A DNA stretch of 55,818 bases from a virus (Duplodnaviria > Caudoviricetes). A program made the translations under genes and the position numbers. The stretch spans positions 1-55,818 of IMG/VR virus record IMGVR_UViG_3300042350_003432; one strand, given 5' to 3'. Positions 1-10,427 of the stretch are shown in pieces (the stretch's first letter is position 1; each line of letters opens with the position of its first letter). The notes beneath the pieces were generated by a model. The model was not told the origin of the DNA, made no database searches, and was given only the letters and a program-made list of their open reading frames with translations.

Positions 1-1
1 T

Positions 2-1123
2 CCTGATGCGATGAATGGAGCGCCTATTATCAATGAAGAAGGTTTGGTACTTGGGGGCAATAGCCGCACAATGGCAATTAAACGAGCATACGCAAGACAC
101 CCAGAAAAAGCAGAAACCTATAAAAACTATTTGGCCGATCATGCAGACTCTTTCGGATTTGCCCCCGAATATATTTCACAGTTCAAAAACCCTATTTTAG
201 TTAGGGAATATGATCCTGAAGATAAGAGTGAAAAAAATATGAAGTTACTTGTTCGTCAAATGAATGAAGGTTTTACGCAATCAATGGATGAGAAAACAGA
301 GATCGCCGCTATCTCTAGACGCTTGACAGACAAATCAATAAATGCAATAGGAAAAGCGTTCTCAAATTCCGACGCCGCTAATATCTATGAACTTTTAAAT
401 CTAGGTGATGATTATTCGCAAGACGTAATCAACGCACTTATGAAAGATGGTATCTTGTCTTATCAAAATATGAATAAATACATTGATGTAGATACAAAAC
501 GAGTTTCGCCCGCATTTGCTCATATGTTATCCGACGTTCTAGTAGGCAAAGTATTAACAAACAAGACGATCATGGCTAAAATGTCCCCCGCTTTACATGA
601 AAGATTTTCGGCGGGCGTGATTTCTCTTGTTGCCCTCAATCTCTTTGATGAGAAACAAAGACACGCCCTAGAACATGCCATCTATGCTTACTCATTCGCA
701 CAAAAAACAAACTTTGTACGAACAAGAGGGACAGCCGAACAAAACTTATCAGGCCTTCAAAATTGGATTAGTCAAGGCAAGACGGACACAGGAAAGGGCG
801 ATATTGAAGATAAAGTACGTAGTGAGCTTACTAATAACCCCTTAGCGCTTGCATACCTTGAGACGCTAGGGATTGCCACAACAGCAAGTAAATTACGCGA
901 TATGTTTTCAGCCGCCGGCGCAAAGGCCTTGGGCAAGGGAGCAGATCAAGAGGTTGATTTATTCGGGGAAACCGCTTCTATGGAGAAAGAATTAAAGAAG
1001 TTAAATGATTTCTATATGCCAGGCAAGACACAGGCGGAAAAAGACGCATATAAACTAAAGAAATCAATGAAATCAAAGTTTTCATATACCGATCTAGTTA
1101 AATCACTACGCACTAAGAAATAA
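2..1123 (+). CDS. C-terminal part of a large polyvalent-type protein with a ddrB-like ParB domain (5'-truncated by window)
   Basis: Frame is open from position 2. GAPIINEEGLVLGGNSRTMAIKRAY resembles the ddrB-ParB motif GAPI..DG.V..GN.RT.AI..AY, followed by NPILVR. Confidence 0.65.
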   Translation, partial: PDAMNGAPIINEEGLVLGGNSRTMAIKRAYARHPEKAETYKNYLADHADSFGFAPEYISQFKNPILVREYDPEDKSEKNMKLLVRQMNEGFTQSMDEKTEIAAISRRLTDKSINAIGKAFSNSDAANIYELLNLGDDYSQDVINALMKDGILSYQNMNKYIDVDTKRVSPAFAHMLSDVLVGKVLTNKTIMAKMSPALHERFSAGVISLVALNLFDEKQRHALEHAIYAYSFAQKTNFVRTRGTAEQNLSGLQNWISQGKTDTGKGDIEDKVRSELTNNPLALAYLETLGIATTASKLRDMFSAAGAKALGKGADQEVDLFGETASMEKELKKLNDFYMPGKTQAEKDAYKLKKSMKSKFSYTDLVKSLRTKK

Positions 1124-1189
1124 AATAAGCATGAAACTTGTGAACTTTGTAAAATGCAATTAAGAAACAAAGTGAACAGGATTAGAAAC

Positions 1190-2218
1190 ATGCCCTTTAA
1201 AAACGAACACGCCGCGAGGCAAACAGAACCCGAGCAATACAAAGAATTTAGACGATACCAGCCGAAGGGATTCCCTAAGGGCGTATCAGTGATCTTAGGT
1301 ATTAGCAACGATGGTAAAACAGAAATTCAAAGTGTCCGAGCAAACAAAGACGATATGACGCCCTCTGAATTTAAGCAATGGTTAAAAGAACACGATTTCA
1401 AAGATGAAGTAGAAGAGGCACAACTTGAAAAGGGCAATTACTTTGCTACTTGGATTCCCTTCACTACTCTTGCTAAAGCGAAAAAAGATAATGATGAACC
1501 TGAAATCATGGATGACAATGTAGGCATGATCGCCGGTATCGTATCAACTGATGATATGGATTTTGAAGGTGAGAAGATCAATCAAAGCGGCCTTGATTGG
1601 TCGTACTTTTTGAACAATGGTTGGTTTAATCATGAGCATAGGCCAGGGCCTGAAGCGGTTTTGGGGCATCCTACAAAGATTGAAAAGGTAGATGATCATA
1701 AAACACGCGTAGAAGGTAAATTGTATCTATCAAAACCATTAGCGAAAGAGTGCTATGATACAGCGGTAGCAATGCAAAAAGCCGGCGGGGAAAGATGCCT
1801 TGGTTTTTCGATTGAGGGAAAAGTGACACTTCGGGACCCTATCCAGCCTAAGAAGGTACTTAAAGCGAATGTGATCAATGTGGCTATTACTTCGCATCCT
1901 GTCAATCCGAATACCAATCTAGAAATCATTGCAAAGTCGATGAATGTTGGGTATCAAGAAGCGGCGATTCCTGATGCTGATGCTTCAATGTCCTCACTTG
2001 TAGAACAATCACTAGCGCAAAAAGTATCAAGCGCCACATATGGGGCGAACAACAAAGCACCCAAGAAAGAGAATAGAATGATTAGCAAAGAAGCCTTGAA
2101 AAACAAGTTAAAAGAACACTTTAGCGACTACACTAATGAGGAATTAGAGCGCCTTCTTAAACTTGTTATGGAGTCCGCAAAAAATAAGAGTCAAGAAAAA
2201 CTAAGAGATTATGAGTAA
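1190..2218 (+). CDS. prohead protease (HK97/SPO1-Twort type)
   Basis: IAGIVST.DMDFEGE, WFNHEH, LGFSIEG, NVAITSHPVNP motifs; lies upstream of scaffold and capsid. ORF opens at 1154; ATG 1190 preferred. Confidence 0.9.
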   Translation: MPFKNEHAARQTEPEQYKEFRRYQPKGFPKGVSVILGISNDGKTEIQSVRANKDDMTPSEFKQWLKEHDFKDEVEEAQLEKGNYFATWIPFTTLAKAKKDNDEPEIMDDNVGMIAGIVSTDDMDFEGEKINQSGLDWSYFLNNGWFNHEHRPGPEAVLGHPTKIEKVDDHKTRVEGKLYLSKPLAKECYDTAVAMQKAGGERCLGFSIEGKVTLRDPIQPKKVLKANVINVAITSHPVNPNTNLEIIAKSMNVGYQEAAIPDADASMSSLVEQSLAQKVSSATYGANNKAPKKENRMISKEALKNKLKEHFSDYTNEELERLLKLVMESAKNKSQEKLRDYE

Positions 2219-2274
2219 AAAGCTTGAAAAATACTTTGAACTCTAAAACAATGATCTATATAGGAGAATTTACG

Positions 2275-2988
2275 ATGAATAACGATTTAATCAAGCATCT
2301 TATGAATAAAGGGATGAGTGAGGCCGACGCCGTACAAGTCGCCGAAGGTTTCACCCCCGACGCCGTCAATGTTGACGATTTAACAATCGCCCTTGATGAT
2401 CTATCTAAAGCAATGAAAATGGATGATCAAGATCAAATGAGCGCCAAGAAAGCAAAGAAGGCCAAAACTCAAGGTTCTTTGTTTGAAAAGGGCAATGATG
2501 AAGATGGTTCTTCTTCTGAAGATGGTTCATCTTACGACGATGAAGATGAAGATGAAGATGAAGATGATGACAAGATGGAAAAAGCTATGATGGAGATGGC
2601 AAAAGGTACCGATGCCATTCTTGACGCTATGGACAAGCAATATAAAGCAATGCTTAAAGCGGTTGAAGCTTGTACAAAAGAAATCAAGGCGATGAAGGAC
2701 ACAGGGGCGGGCAAAATGCAACAAATGGAGAAATCTTTAAATCGTGCATTGCTTGAACCTGTCGCACCTACTTCTATCAATTTCAATAAGATTCCATATG
2801 TAGAACAAACAGCTAAGGCGCCCAGCTTCACTACTCAAGACGTAATGAACAAGGCCTTATCTTTAGTTCGTTCCGAGTCTGATTGGTCTAGAAAGTCCGA
2901 ACTTACAAGCGCAATTTCTAGATTAAGCGTTGGCGCTAATCCTCAAGAGATCATCGCTGAATTTAACATCAATATGAATAGCAAATAA
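2275..2988 (+). CDS. putative capsid scaffolding protein
   Basis: Between protease and capsid; acidic and helical with a D/E tract and repeated xxK[SAG] motifs; GGAG RBS before ATG 2275. Confidence 0.7.
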   Translation: MNNDLIKHLMNKGMSEADAVQVAEGFTPDAVNVDDLTIALDDLSKAMKMDDQDQMSAKKAKKAKTQGSLFEKGNDEDGSSSEDGSSYDDEDEDEDEDDDKMEKAMMEMAKGTDAILDAMDKQYKAMLKAVEACTKEIKAMKDTGAGKMQQMEKSLNRALLEPVAPTSINFNKIPYVEQTAKAPSFTTQDVMNKALSLVRSESDWSRKSELTSAISRLSVGANPQEIIAEFNINMNSK

Positions 2989-3002
2989 AGAGAGAGTAGA
3001 AC

Positions 3003-4433
3003 ATGAGTTTCAATTCATTAAATATCCCACAAGCCAACGGCCTTGTTTCCGCTGCTGATTTAGCTGATTTAAACAGTGCCCTTCGCAAGTCTGCAACTAT
3101 CGGTTATCAAACCCCCGCCGGCACTTCCGGTGGTGATACAGGTTCTTTAAGTCCTTTAGTTCCTCAAAGCATTGAAAACATTTTGGCAAGTGCTACTTAT
3201 AGCATGAAGCAACTTGCTTTATGGCCTGCAATGCCTAAAGTATCTGTTACTAATACCTTACACGAATACGCCGTAATCAATTCTCATGGCTTAGATATTG
3301 ATCCATTTATTAGCGAAGGTTCCGCCGGTACTACAAATCGCTCTGAATATCAAAGAAAGTCAATTCGTATCAAGTACTTAGCTGAAAGAAGAGAAGTAAC
3401 TGACGTAGGAACCTTGGTTGGCTTGATTGGCGCTAATCAAAATGCAATCGCATTAGAAACAGAACGCGGCACCCTCTCTTTACTTGCTAAGCTTGAAAAA
3501 GCAATGTTCCACGCTAAAGAAAGTAATAATCCTTTACATTTCGATGGTATCATTCATCAAATTGAATCCTATAACAACGGTTCAAATGTGTTTGATGCAC
3601 GCGGCGCAAGTCCATCACCTAGACTTCTTCAAGATATCTTGGCTAAACTTTATTCTGCGCCTTTATATGGTACTCCAGACTGTATCTATGTAACCCCAGA
3701 TATTCATGGCGAATTGATCAAGTTTGCTGTTCAATTTGGCCGTCATGATCAATTGGTTCTTACTAATTCTTCATCTATTACATATGGTACTCAAGAAATT
3801 TCTATCATGGGCCCAGTCGGACCAGTACCAGTAAAGAGCGCCCCATTCTTGGCGAACAATGGCAAAGCACCAGACACAGGAAGCGCAACCACCGGCGCCG
3901 CATCTACCCCTGTTCTTACTTCTGCTGTTGTTGCTAGTGATTCCGCTTCTCAATTTATTTCAAGCGACGCCGGCGATTACTTCTATAAGGTCGTAGCGAT
4001 CAATAATAGCGGTTATTCTGCTCCTGTTACTTCTGTTGCTAAGACAGTCGCCGCCGGTGAAAAAGTAACTTTGACCATCGCTCAACAATCAGACGCAATC
4101 TATTTCAAGATTTTCAGAACCCCTGTAGATCGTCCAGCTTCTGAAGCGGTCTTGATCAACGAAGTTCCCGCTACCAGTGGCGGGGCTACTGTGTTTGTTG
4201 ATCGCAATGAAAACTTAGCAAATGGTCATAAGATGGTATTTGTTCAACACAGTTCTGAAATTATGGAATTTGCAAAGTTACTTGATTTCTTCAGACGCCC
4301 CCTCGCTGAAGTACAAACAAGTAAACCATTCTTGCTCATGCTTTTTGGTTCACCTATTGTTAAAGTTCCTTCTAAGTGTTGGATTGTTAAGAATGTTCGT
4401 GTTGGTTCAAGCTTGATTGAAACTTTAGGCTAA
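3003..4433 (+). CDS. major capsid protein (SPO1/Twort-like)
   Basis: 476 aa; LRKS..GY N-terminus, K.IRIKYL, LHFDGI, YFYKVVAIN..G.SAP Ig-like insertion; gene order. Confidence 0.92.
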   Translation: MSFNSLNIPQANGLVSAADLADLNSALRKSATIGYQTPAGTSGGDTGSLSPLVPQSIENILASATYSMKQLALWPAMPKVSVTNTLHEYAVINSHGLDIDPFISEGSAGTTNRSEYQRKSIRIKYLAERREVTDVGTLVGLIGANQNAIALETERGTLSLLAKLEKAMFHAKESNNPLHFDGIIHQIESYNNGSNVFDARGASPSPRLLQDILAKLYSAPLYGTPDCIYVTPDIHGELIKFAVQFGRHDQLVLTNSSSITYGTQEISIMGPVGPVPVKSAPFLANNGKAPDTGSATTGAASTPVLTSAVVASDSASQFISSDAGDYFYKVVAINNSGYSAPVTSVAKTVAAGEKVTLTIAQQSDAIYFKIFRTPVDRPASEAVLINEVPATSGGATVFVDRNENLANGHKMVFVQHSSEIMEFAKLLDFFRRPLAEVQTSKPFLLMLFGSPIVKVPSKCWIVKNVRVGSSLIETLG

Positions 4434-4526
4434 GTTTATTATTTACTTATTTAATATGAAATTATGATAATATGAGGGCATAGAATAAAAGTTCTAGATC
4501 GTCAAAGTTCTAGATTAAGGTGTCCC

Positions 4527-5495
4527 ATGAGTACTACAACTTTACTAGATATTATCACGCCCGATTACCTCAAGAAAACTTCTTTATTAGGTGTTGACTT
4601 GACCACAGACGACGGCGCCCCCTTCCCTAATGAGATATATGAAACCTCTATTCAAGCATCTATTCAACACATTGAAAACGATATAGGTATCAACTTAGAA
4701 CCTTTTAAGGTATCCAGGGAGACACACGACGCCGAAAGACAAGGGCGATTCTCATATTGGCCTATGAAGCTTGATTATAGGCCTATCGTATCAATTGACA
4801 AAGTACGAATTAGATTCGGTTCGTTTCAACCTGTTGACTTGCCTGTCTCATGGATTCGCATGGTGTCCGCTATTCATGGGCAAATGCATATCATTCCATC
4901 TCAAGAGAGCTTAGGATCATATTTTTTTACGGCGGGCATGCCTATTTTAGGGAATTACGGAATTTTCTATGAAGGGCGGGACTTTATACCAGGTTACTTT
5001 GAGTTTGACTATACAGCGGGATTTGAAACACGAAAAGAAACAATCACATTCCCAGCGGGACAAACACAATACACAGTCAATCTAAGTCGTCACTGTTTTT
5101 TAAAATATCGTATTGCATTGACCTTGCCCGCCGGCGTTACCGGTAAAGCGATAACACTTGGTCAAGACTCATTTGTCATCGAACTAAATAGCGCCCCCGT
5201 AACAGATATTCAAATTACTTATCTACTTGATACTTTACCAAGTGACATTAAGCACATGATCACATTAAAAGCATCAAGTAATATGATTTTACAAGTAGCG
5301 GGGGATTTGATTTTAGGCGCCGGTATTGCATCAAGTTCTATTGGCATTGATGGTTTGTCTCAAAGTATTCAAACAACGTCAAGCGCTATGTATTCAGGTT
5401 ATTCATCGCGTGTTGATTACTATGAAAAACAGTATGACACACTAAAGAAGGCCGTAAAAGCACAGTACAAAATCAACCAGTTCGGAGTAATCTAA
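4527..5495 (+). CDS. head-tail adaptor / neck protein
   Basis: GDLILGAGIAS.SIGIDGLSQSIQTT.SAMY motif typical of Twort-like neck proteins; follows capsid. Confidence 0.75.
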   Translation: MSTTTLLDIITPDYLKKTSLLGVDLTTDDGAPFPNEIYETSIQASIQHIENDIGINLEPFKVSRETHDAERQGRFSYWPMKLDYRPIVSIDKVRIRFGSFQPVDLPVSWIRMVSAIHGQMHIIPSQESLGSYFFTAGMPILGNYGIFYEGRDFIPGYFEFDYTAGFETRKETITFPAGQTQYTVNLSRHCFLKYRIALTLPAGVTGKAITLGQDSFVIELNSAPVTDIQITYLLDTLPSDIKHMITLKASSNMILQVAGDLILGAGIASSSIGIDGLSQSIQTTSSAMYSGYSSRVDYYEKQYDTLKKAVKAQYKINQFGVI

Positions 5496-6323
5496 ATGAC
5501 TACGATCACCCCTAGAATACCAACAAAACTAAGGCCCCGCGTTGATTGGCTAAATGAGGAATTTAGAAAACAATTTTTCACAAGATCAATGCTCGTATCT
5601 TGGGAAATGTGCGCCGAATGCCCATGCTCAAATAAGGGCGGGGCGGTGGTGCTTGATCTTCCTAGTATAGATGCAAACTTAGAGAAACAAGGCGAAGTTC
5701 GTTCAGATTGCCCCCTATGCAAGGGCATTGGCTATTTTTGGCATAGCAAACAAGATACAAGGGCACTAATCACTAGCGCAAGTTCAGATGAATCAAGGTT
5801 TCATGAGTATGGAGAATACGCAAGAGGAATGGTAAACATTACGCTACTACCTGAAACATTGCCTTCATTCGGCGATCGCTTTACAATGGTAGATTCAAGC
5901 ATGATCTTTAAAGAGACAAAGACGCGAAAGACGGGGGCGATTCAGTCCCTTAGAAATCCTATTGTTCCTCGTGTACTAGATACACAGGGCGGGGCGACTA
6001 CTTTACGTGTTTTGCATCTACATACGGCGAATAGTACAGGTTTAGGCGTTCTAAATGGTAGCTTGATTGAGGGCGTAGACTTTGAAGTCAATGTAGATGG
6101 AGACATTGATTTTTCTAAAGGTGATCTAAATGGCAAAGCGCCGGCGGTGGGCGTGAGATACTCAATCTCTTATTATGGGCATCCTAGATACTATGTGGCG
6201 GATAACCCCCATACTCACAGGGATTCAAGATATGTTCGCAAGTCAACAGATGAACAAATTAGACTGATGCCAGTTCAATGTAAAGCAACCCTAGAATTCA
6301 TGGGGGCCGGTTTAAATGGTTAA
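5496..6323 (+). CDS. neck / head-closure protein with Zn-finger
   Basis: CPC...CPLCKGIG motif, SISY..HPRY; position in neck cluster. Confidence 0.7.
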   Translation: MTTITPRIPTKLRPRVDWLNEEFRKQFFTRSMLVSWEMCAECPCSNKGGAVVLDLPSIDANLEKQGEVRSDCPLCKGIGYFWHSKQDTRALITSASSDESRFHEYGEYARGMVNITLLPETLPSFGDRFTMVDSSMIFKETKTRKTGAIQSLRNPIVPRVLDTQGGATTLRVLHLHTANSTGLGVLNGSLIEGVDFEVNVDGDIDFSKGDLNGKAPAVGVRYSISYYGHPRYYVADNPHTHRDSRYVRKSTDEQIRLMPVQCKATLEFMGAGLNG

Positions 6324-7098
6324 CATTAAACGCTTATCCCTTGTAGATTTGATAGAGGGCTTAGGCCTTGGCAAACAAGACCAAAAACAACGATCAAGAC
6401 AACTTGCAAGCATGATACTTGCCGAATGGTCAGCGGAGGCCAGAAGCGCCCTTAAAGGTTCTGTTCAACAAAGTTATCTTAGATCATTATCAATCAATAA
6501 AGCGGATGAATACGGCGTATCTGTTAGCCTACCTAAACCAGGACAAAGCGCAACAATTGCCCTCATGTATGAACTTGGAATGGGGCCAGGGGGCATCGGG
6601 ACAACAGGGCCTTATGATATGCGTAAATTTATGCTTCAAGAGAAAACTAGAAACATAAGACGGGATAAAAAAGGCAATTTATATCTGAATGTTCCCTTTA
6701 AAAAGAGCGCTAAGAAACTACAGGCGGAGAACCCCGCTATCTATAAGCAAGCAAAGAAATTAGCCCCTATGATTTCTTTTCATGCAAATGCTCACAATGT
6801 TACGCCTCAAGGTAGCCCCCGCGGCGCTAAAGGTAATCAATTACCCCGCGGGCTAGTACCTAAAAAAGCGCCTCATCATGCTACTGATATCTATGCAGGT
6901 ATGAGAAGACAAGCGAGCGCATATTCAAACAAACAGGGGCGGCCAGTGATACAAACTAGCGGTTATATTACTTGGCGTAGAATGACAATTGATCAGAAGC
7001 CCCCTAAGTGGATGCACCCAGGTATCAAACCCTTAAATCTTGGCGATCGTGTCTTTAGAATGCTTCCGCAAATGATTAACCATATATATGGAGTATAA
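6316..7098 (+). CDS. putative neck / tail-completion protein
   Basis: Basic; PYDM, YL.VPF, Y.TWRR...W.HPG motifs; position. Confidence 0.55.
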   Translation: MVNIKRLSLVDLIEGLGLGKQDQKQRSRQLASMILAEWSAEARSALKGSVQQSYLRSLSINKADEYGVSVSLPKPGQSATIALMYELGMGPGGIGTTGPYDMRKFMLQEKTRNIRRDKKGNLYLNVPFKKSAKKLQAENPAIYKQAKKLAPMISFHANAHNVTPQGSPRGAKGNQLPRGLVPKKAPHHATDIYAGMRRQASAYSNKQGRPVIQTSGYITWRRMTIDQKPPKWMHPGIKPLNLGDRVFRMLPQMINHIYGV

Positions 7099-7101
7099 AT
7101 T

Positions 7102-7746
7102 ATGTTCGATCTACTATTACTAGAAACTTTACACAATGGATTTGAATACTACCTTCAAAACAAGAATGATTTTAAAGCTTTGTTCTTTGGCCTTAGTGAT
7201 GCGACTCTTGAACAGTGGTTTTCATTATTCATTGCACAAAAGCCGGTATTTCGTGCAAGATACGCACAAGGTACCGCTCAAGCGCCTATGATTACCATTT
7301 TAACAGGTCAAGAAGACGTACAAGAAAAGTTTATGGGTAAAACAGAATATAGGGGCAACGATGGGCGTATGGTTGTAGGCTACCATGTTTCAGAGAATGC
7401 TCAAGCGGTAATCTTTGCAAAGTCGCCCGAACTTGCAAGAGTTTATTTTATCGTACTTAGGGCAGCATTTGAGCAAGGCGCTAGGGCGCTAATGAAAGCG
7501 GGATACTCACAAACAGCGTACGAGGGCACAACGCTACTTGATCCAGAAGAAGAACTATCAAGCGAAGAATTAGGCATCTATGTAAGAAAGATGAACTTTA
7601 GCGCTAGTTATCCAGTAGAGATCAAACTTACTAAAGATGCAGAATTCGGAGATCAAACAACCTATTCAACCATTGATGATCTTCTCATTTTAGCCAGTGA
7701 TCAAGAAAAGAATAGCATCAAGGGCGGAGTCACCCCCGAAACCTAA
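7102..7746 (+). CDS. putative tail terminator protein
   Basis: Immediately upstream of sheath; size and synteny only. Confidence 0.5.
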   Translation: MFDLLLLETLHNGFEYYLQNKNDFKALFFGLSDATLEQWFSLFIAQKPVFRARYAQGTAQAPMITILTGQEDVQEKFMGKTEYRGNDGRMVVGYHVSENAQAVIFAKSPELARVYFIVLRAAFEQGARALMKAGYSQTAYEGTTLLDPEEELSSEELGIYVRKMNFSASYPVEIKLTKDAEFGDQTTYSTIDDLLILASDQEKNSIKGGVTPET

Positions 7747-7810
7747 CAAAAAATCAAACATGAAACTTTTATTTATTTTATAATAGAAAAAAAGATGAAG
7801 GAGTCTATAA

Positions 7811-9751
7811 ATGCCCAGTTCTTTAAATCTCAATGGATTAAGAATCTATAAACCAGGCGTATACGCAACAATCGACGCAAGCGCCTTAGGTGGTCAAAAT
7901 ACAAGTACAGGCAACGTTTGCCTAGTCGGTGCTTTTCCTAGTTTTGAAGCTGACAATCCGCTAACCTTTACAAGCGCCGGAGCGCTAAGGGATTATGACA
8001 GCACAGACAAAGAACTAGCGCTACTAGGCAAACTCGCCTTTGCCCCTAGCGTAGATGATCGTGTGCCCGCCGGCGTCAATTCGCTTACTATTTTGAATGT
8101 GCAAACATGCGCACAAGCTAAATACAACTTAGTAAATGACAACGCGGACACAGTGGCAACCTTTGAAGCTTCTGTGTGGGGCGCAAAAGGTAATAATACT
8201 TATTTAACTTGTTCTTTTGATGGTGCGTTCGATGTTGCTTTAAATCGTAATGGACTTGCAGAAGAATTCTTGAATGTGTCTAGTGGTGATGTTTGTTCTT
8301 TTGAGTATACAGGTACAGCCCTAACAACCGCAAGCCTTGATCTTAGCGATACAAGTAATCTAGTAATTACTTGGACTAAGACCGTTGATCTTAGTTCAAA
8401 TAATGCTTCTGTAAATGTTACCGATATGAAAACAGTGGCCGGCTTAGGTTTTCAATTGGATGAAGCGCCAACAGGGAATGTAGTAATCGTGATTAGTGGC
8501 TATAATGTGGCCGGCGTAGAGACTACACAAACGATTACCCTTAGCAATACAACTAAAGTGACAAGTAACGTGTTTTCTCAAATTTACGGGCTAACTATTA
8601 CAAATACAGCTAAGGCCGGCCTTGTTCTCACAATTGACGGCGTCGCGTTTGATCTTGATCTATCAACCTTTGAAACAGTGAATGACGTAGTCGACTTTGT
8701 AAATCAAGCGAACAATGATTATCATTTTACAGCAAACTACTTAGCATCTAAATCATACAATGCAACCGCTTTAGATGGTTTCAGAAGTGTACAAGATATC
8801 AAGGGCGTAGAAGTAGCCGTAACAGCGAATCTACAAGAGTTAATTGATACCTTGAGCGCTTCTAAAGTAGCTTCTTTGGTTCGTGTGGGAACGAATGCAT
8901 GCGATGATTTTACAAATATTACAGGTACTTTCTTGATCGGTGGTACTCAATCAAACGTAGTTCTTGGTGATTGGACTGATGCGCTTGAACTCATTGAAAC
9001 AAGCGATATTCAAATCGTTGTCCCTTTCTCAAGTGATGTAGATGTCCATAAAGAAGTTTTGAAACATTGTACTAAATCAGCGCTTGCAGGTAGTGAAAGA
9101 AATGGTTGGGTTGGTGCCAGTGCTAATCAATCAATCACTGATTTAAAGAACAATTGGGTTAAAGCGCTCAATAATAGAAACATTGCTTTAGTAGGTCAAA
9201 GCGTAAAAGTGACTAATCCTCAAGGCGTCATTCAGACACTTGAACCTAAATATTTTGCGTTGATCTGTGCAGCTATGCAAGCCGGTACGCCTGTTGCTAC
9301 GCCTCTCACTAGAAAGCGCCCCGACGTGGTCGATGTTCTTGGCGCTTGGATTGCTAATAGAGACGTAACAGACGCAATCAAGGCCGGCGTTTGCGCTTTA
9401 ACTTCTGATAATTTAGGGTGGCGCATTGAACGATCTGTGACTACATGGATCAAAGATGATAATCCTATTTATTCAGAAGTATCAGCGAATGAAAGTATCA
9501 ATACCAGCGTCAGAGACCTTAGAAACGCATTAGATATTTATATTGGCGATCGTAATTTAAATATTACCAGTTCAAGAATTCAAGGTATCGTTTCGGCCCG
9601 TCTCGATCAACAAGTAACAGATGGTATTATTAAAGCATATAAAAACATAGTCTTAGAGAACTTAGGCGATACGCTCAAAGTAAATTACACAGTCGCAGCC
9701 GTTGAACCTTTGAACTTTATTTCTATCACCGCCAGCGTTAGCAGATTTTAA
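7811..9751 (+). CDS. tail sheath protein
   Basis: N-terminal KPGVY..ID, sheath C-terminal domain (ATPLTRK, ERSVTTW, VEPLNFI); 646 aa. Confidence 0.93.
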   Translation: MPSSLNLNGLRIYKPGVYATIDASALGGQNTSTGNVCLVGAFPSFEADNPLTFTSAGALRDYDSTDKELALLGKLAFAPSVDDRVPAGVNSLTILNVQTCAQAKYNLVNDNADTVATFEASVWGAKGNNTYLTCSFDGAFDVALNRNGLAEEFLNVSSGDVCSFEYTGTALTTASLDLSDTSNLVITWTKTVDLSSNNASVNVTDMKTVAGLGFQLDEAPTGNVVIVISGYNVAGVETTQTITLSNTTKVTSNVFSQIYGLTITNTAKAGLVLTIDGVAFDLDLSTFETVNDVVDFVNQANNDYHFTANYLASKSYNATALDGFRSVQDIKGVEVAVTANLQELIDTLSASKVASLVRVGTNACDDFTNITGTFLIGGTQSNVVLGDWTDALELIETSDIQIVVPFSSDVDVHKEVLKHCTKSALAGSERNGWVGASANQSITDLKNNWVKALNNRNIALVGQSVKVTNPQGVIQTLEPKYFALICAAMQAGTPVATPLTRKRPDVVDVLGAWIANRDVTDAIKAGVCALTSDNLGWRIERSVTTWIKDDNPIYSEVSANESINTSVRDLRNALDIYIGDRNLNITSSRIQGIVSARLDQQVTDGIIKAYKNIVLENLGDTLKVNYTVAAVEPLNFISITASVSRF

Positions 9752-9764
9752 AGGAGCTTAGAAA

Positions 9765-10202
9765 ATGGAAAAAGTTTTTAGTGGTGCAAGAGCAAAGCTC
9801 TATTTTAACACAGCAACAGGGCAAGTAGAAGCGGGATTCGCTACCGGTATCAGTGTAAACGAAAATCACACTTTACAGCGTGTAAATGTGCTTGGTAACC
9901 TTGATTCAGAAGAAATCATAGCAACCTCTAGAACTGTTGATGTTCGTTGCGACCTAGTTCGTATTAGTGGCAAGTCTCTACGTACTTTGGGCATTTGGCC
10001 TAAGGGGCAAACTATCGACGTTCTAAACTTCCCTGAACTTACTATTGTTGTTTATGATGGAGTAGAGAACAAGATCGTTGCTCAAATTGAAGGGGCTAGA
10101 TGTGAAACAAGATCATTTCAAGTTCAAGCGGGCGCGATTGTGTCAGAAAATGCCAGTTTCCAAGCTAAGAGACTCAAAGACGAAGCCGATTTGACGTTGT
10201 AG
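9765..10202 (+). CDS. tail tube protein
   Basis: 145 aa beta-rich protein directly after sheath; AGGAG RBS. Confidence 0.85.
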   Translation: MEKVFSGARAKLYFNTATGQVEAGFATGISVNENHTLQRVNVLGNLDSEEIIATSRTVDVRCDLVRISGKSLRTLGIWPKGQTIDVLNFPELTIVVYDGVENKIVAQIEGARCETRSFQVQAGAIVSENASFQAKRLKDEADLTL

Positions 10203-10211
10203 AGTAGAATC

Positions 10212-10427
10212 ATGGATGAACAACAAAAGACAATTGGCGCCCCTGTTGATGATATCTCACAGATCAAAGATTTGATGAGTATGACACAAAACAACGCCCC
10301 TTTAGCCCTTGCCATCTTTGCCGTACTTATGCTTAACAAGGTAAAAAATAATCAAGTAAAATCTGAACTTGAAACAAAGATCAATGATCTTGCTAGCCGA
10401 ATTAAGAAGATTGAAAACAAAGATTAA
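10212..10427 (+). CDS. small hypothetical protein with hydrophobic helix and coiled coil
   Basis: Follows tube gene after 9 nt; PLALAIFAVLML segment. Confidence 0.6.
   Translation: MDEQQKTIGAPVDDISQIKDLMSMTQNNAPLALAIFAVLMLNKVKNNQVKSELETKINDLASRIKKIENKD

Noticed and set aside
2509-2571. GATGAA microsatellite and 18-bp duplication as a phase-variation locus
   Set aside because: In-frame repeats encoding an acidic scaffold linker; length change would not shift frame.
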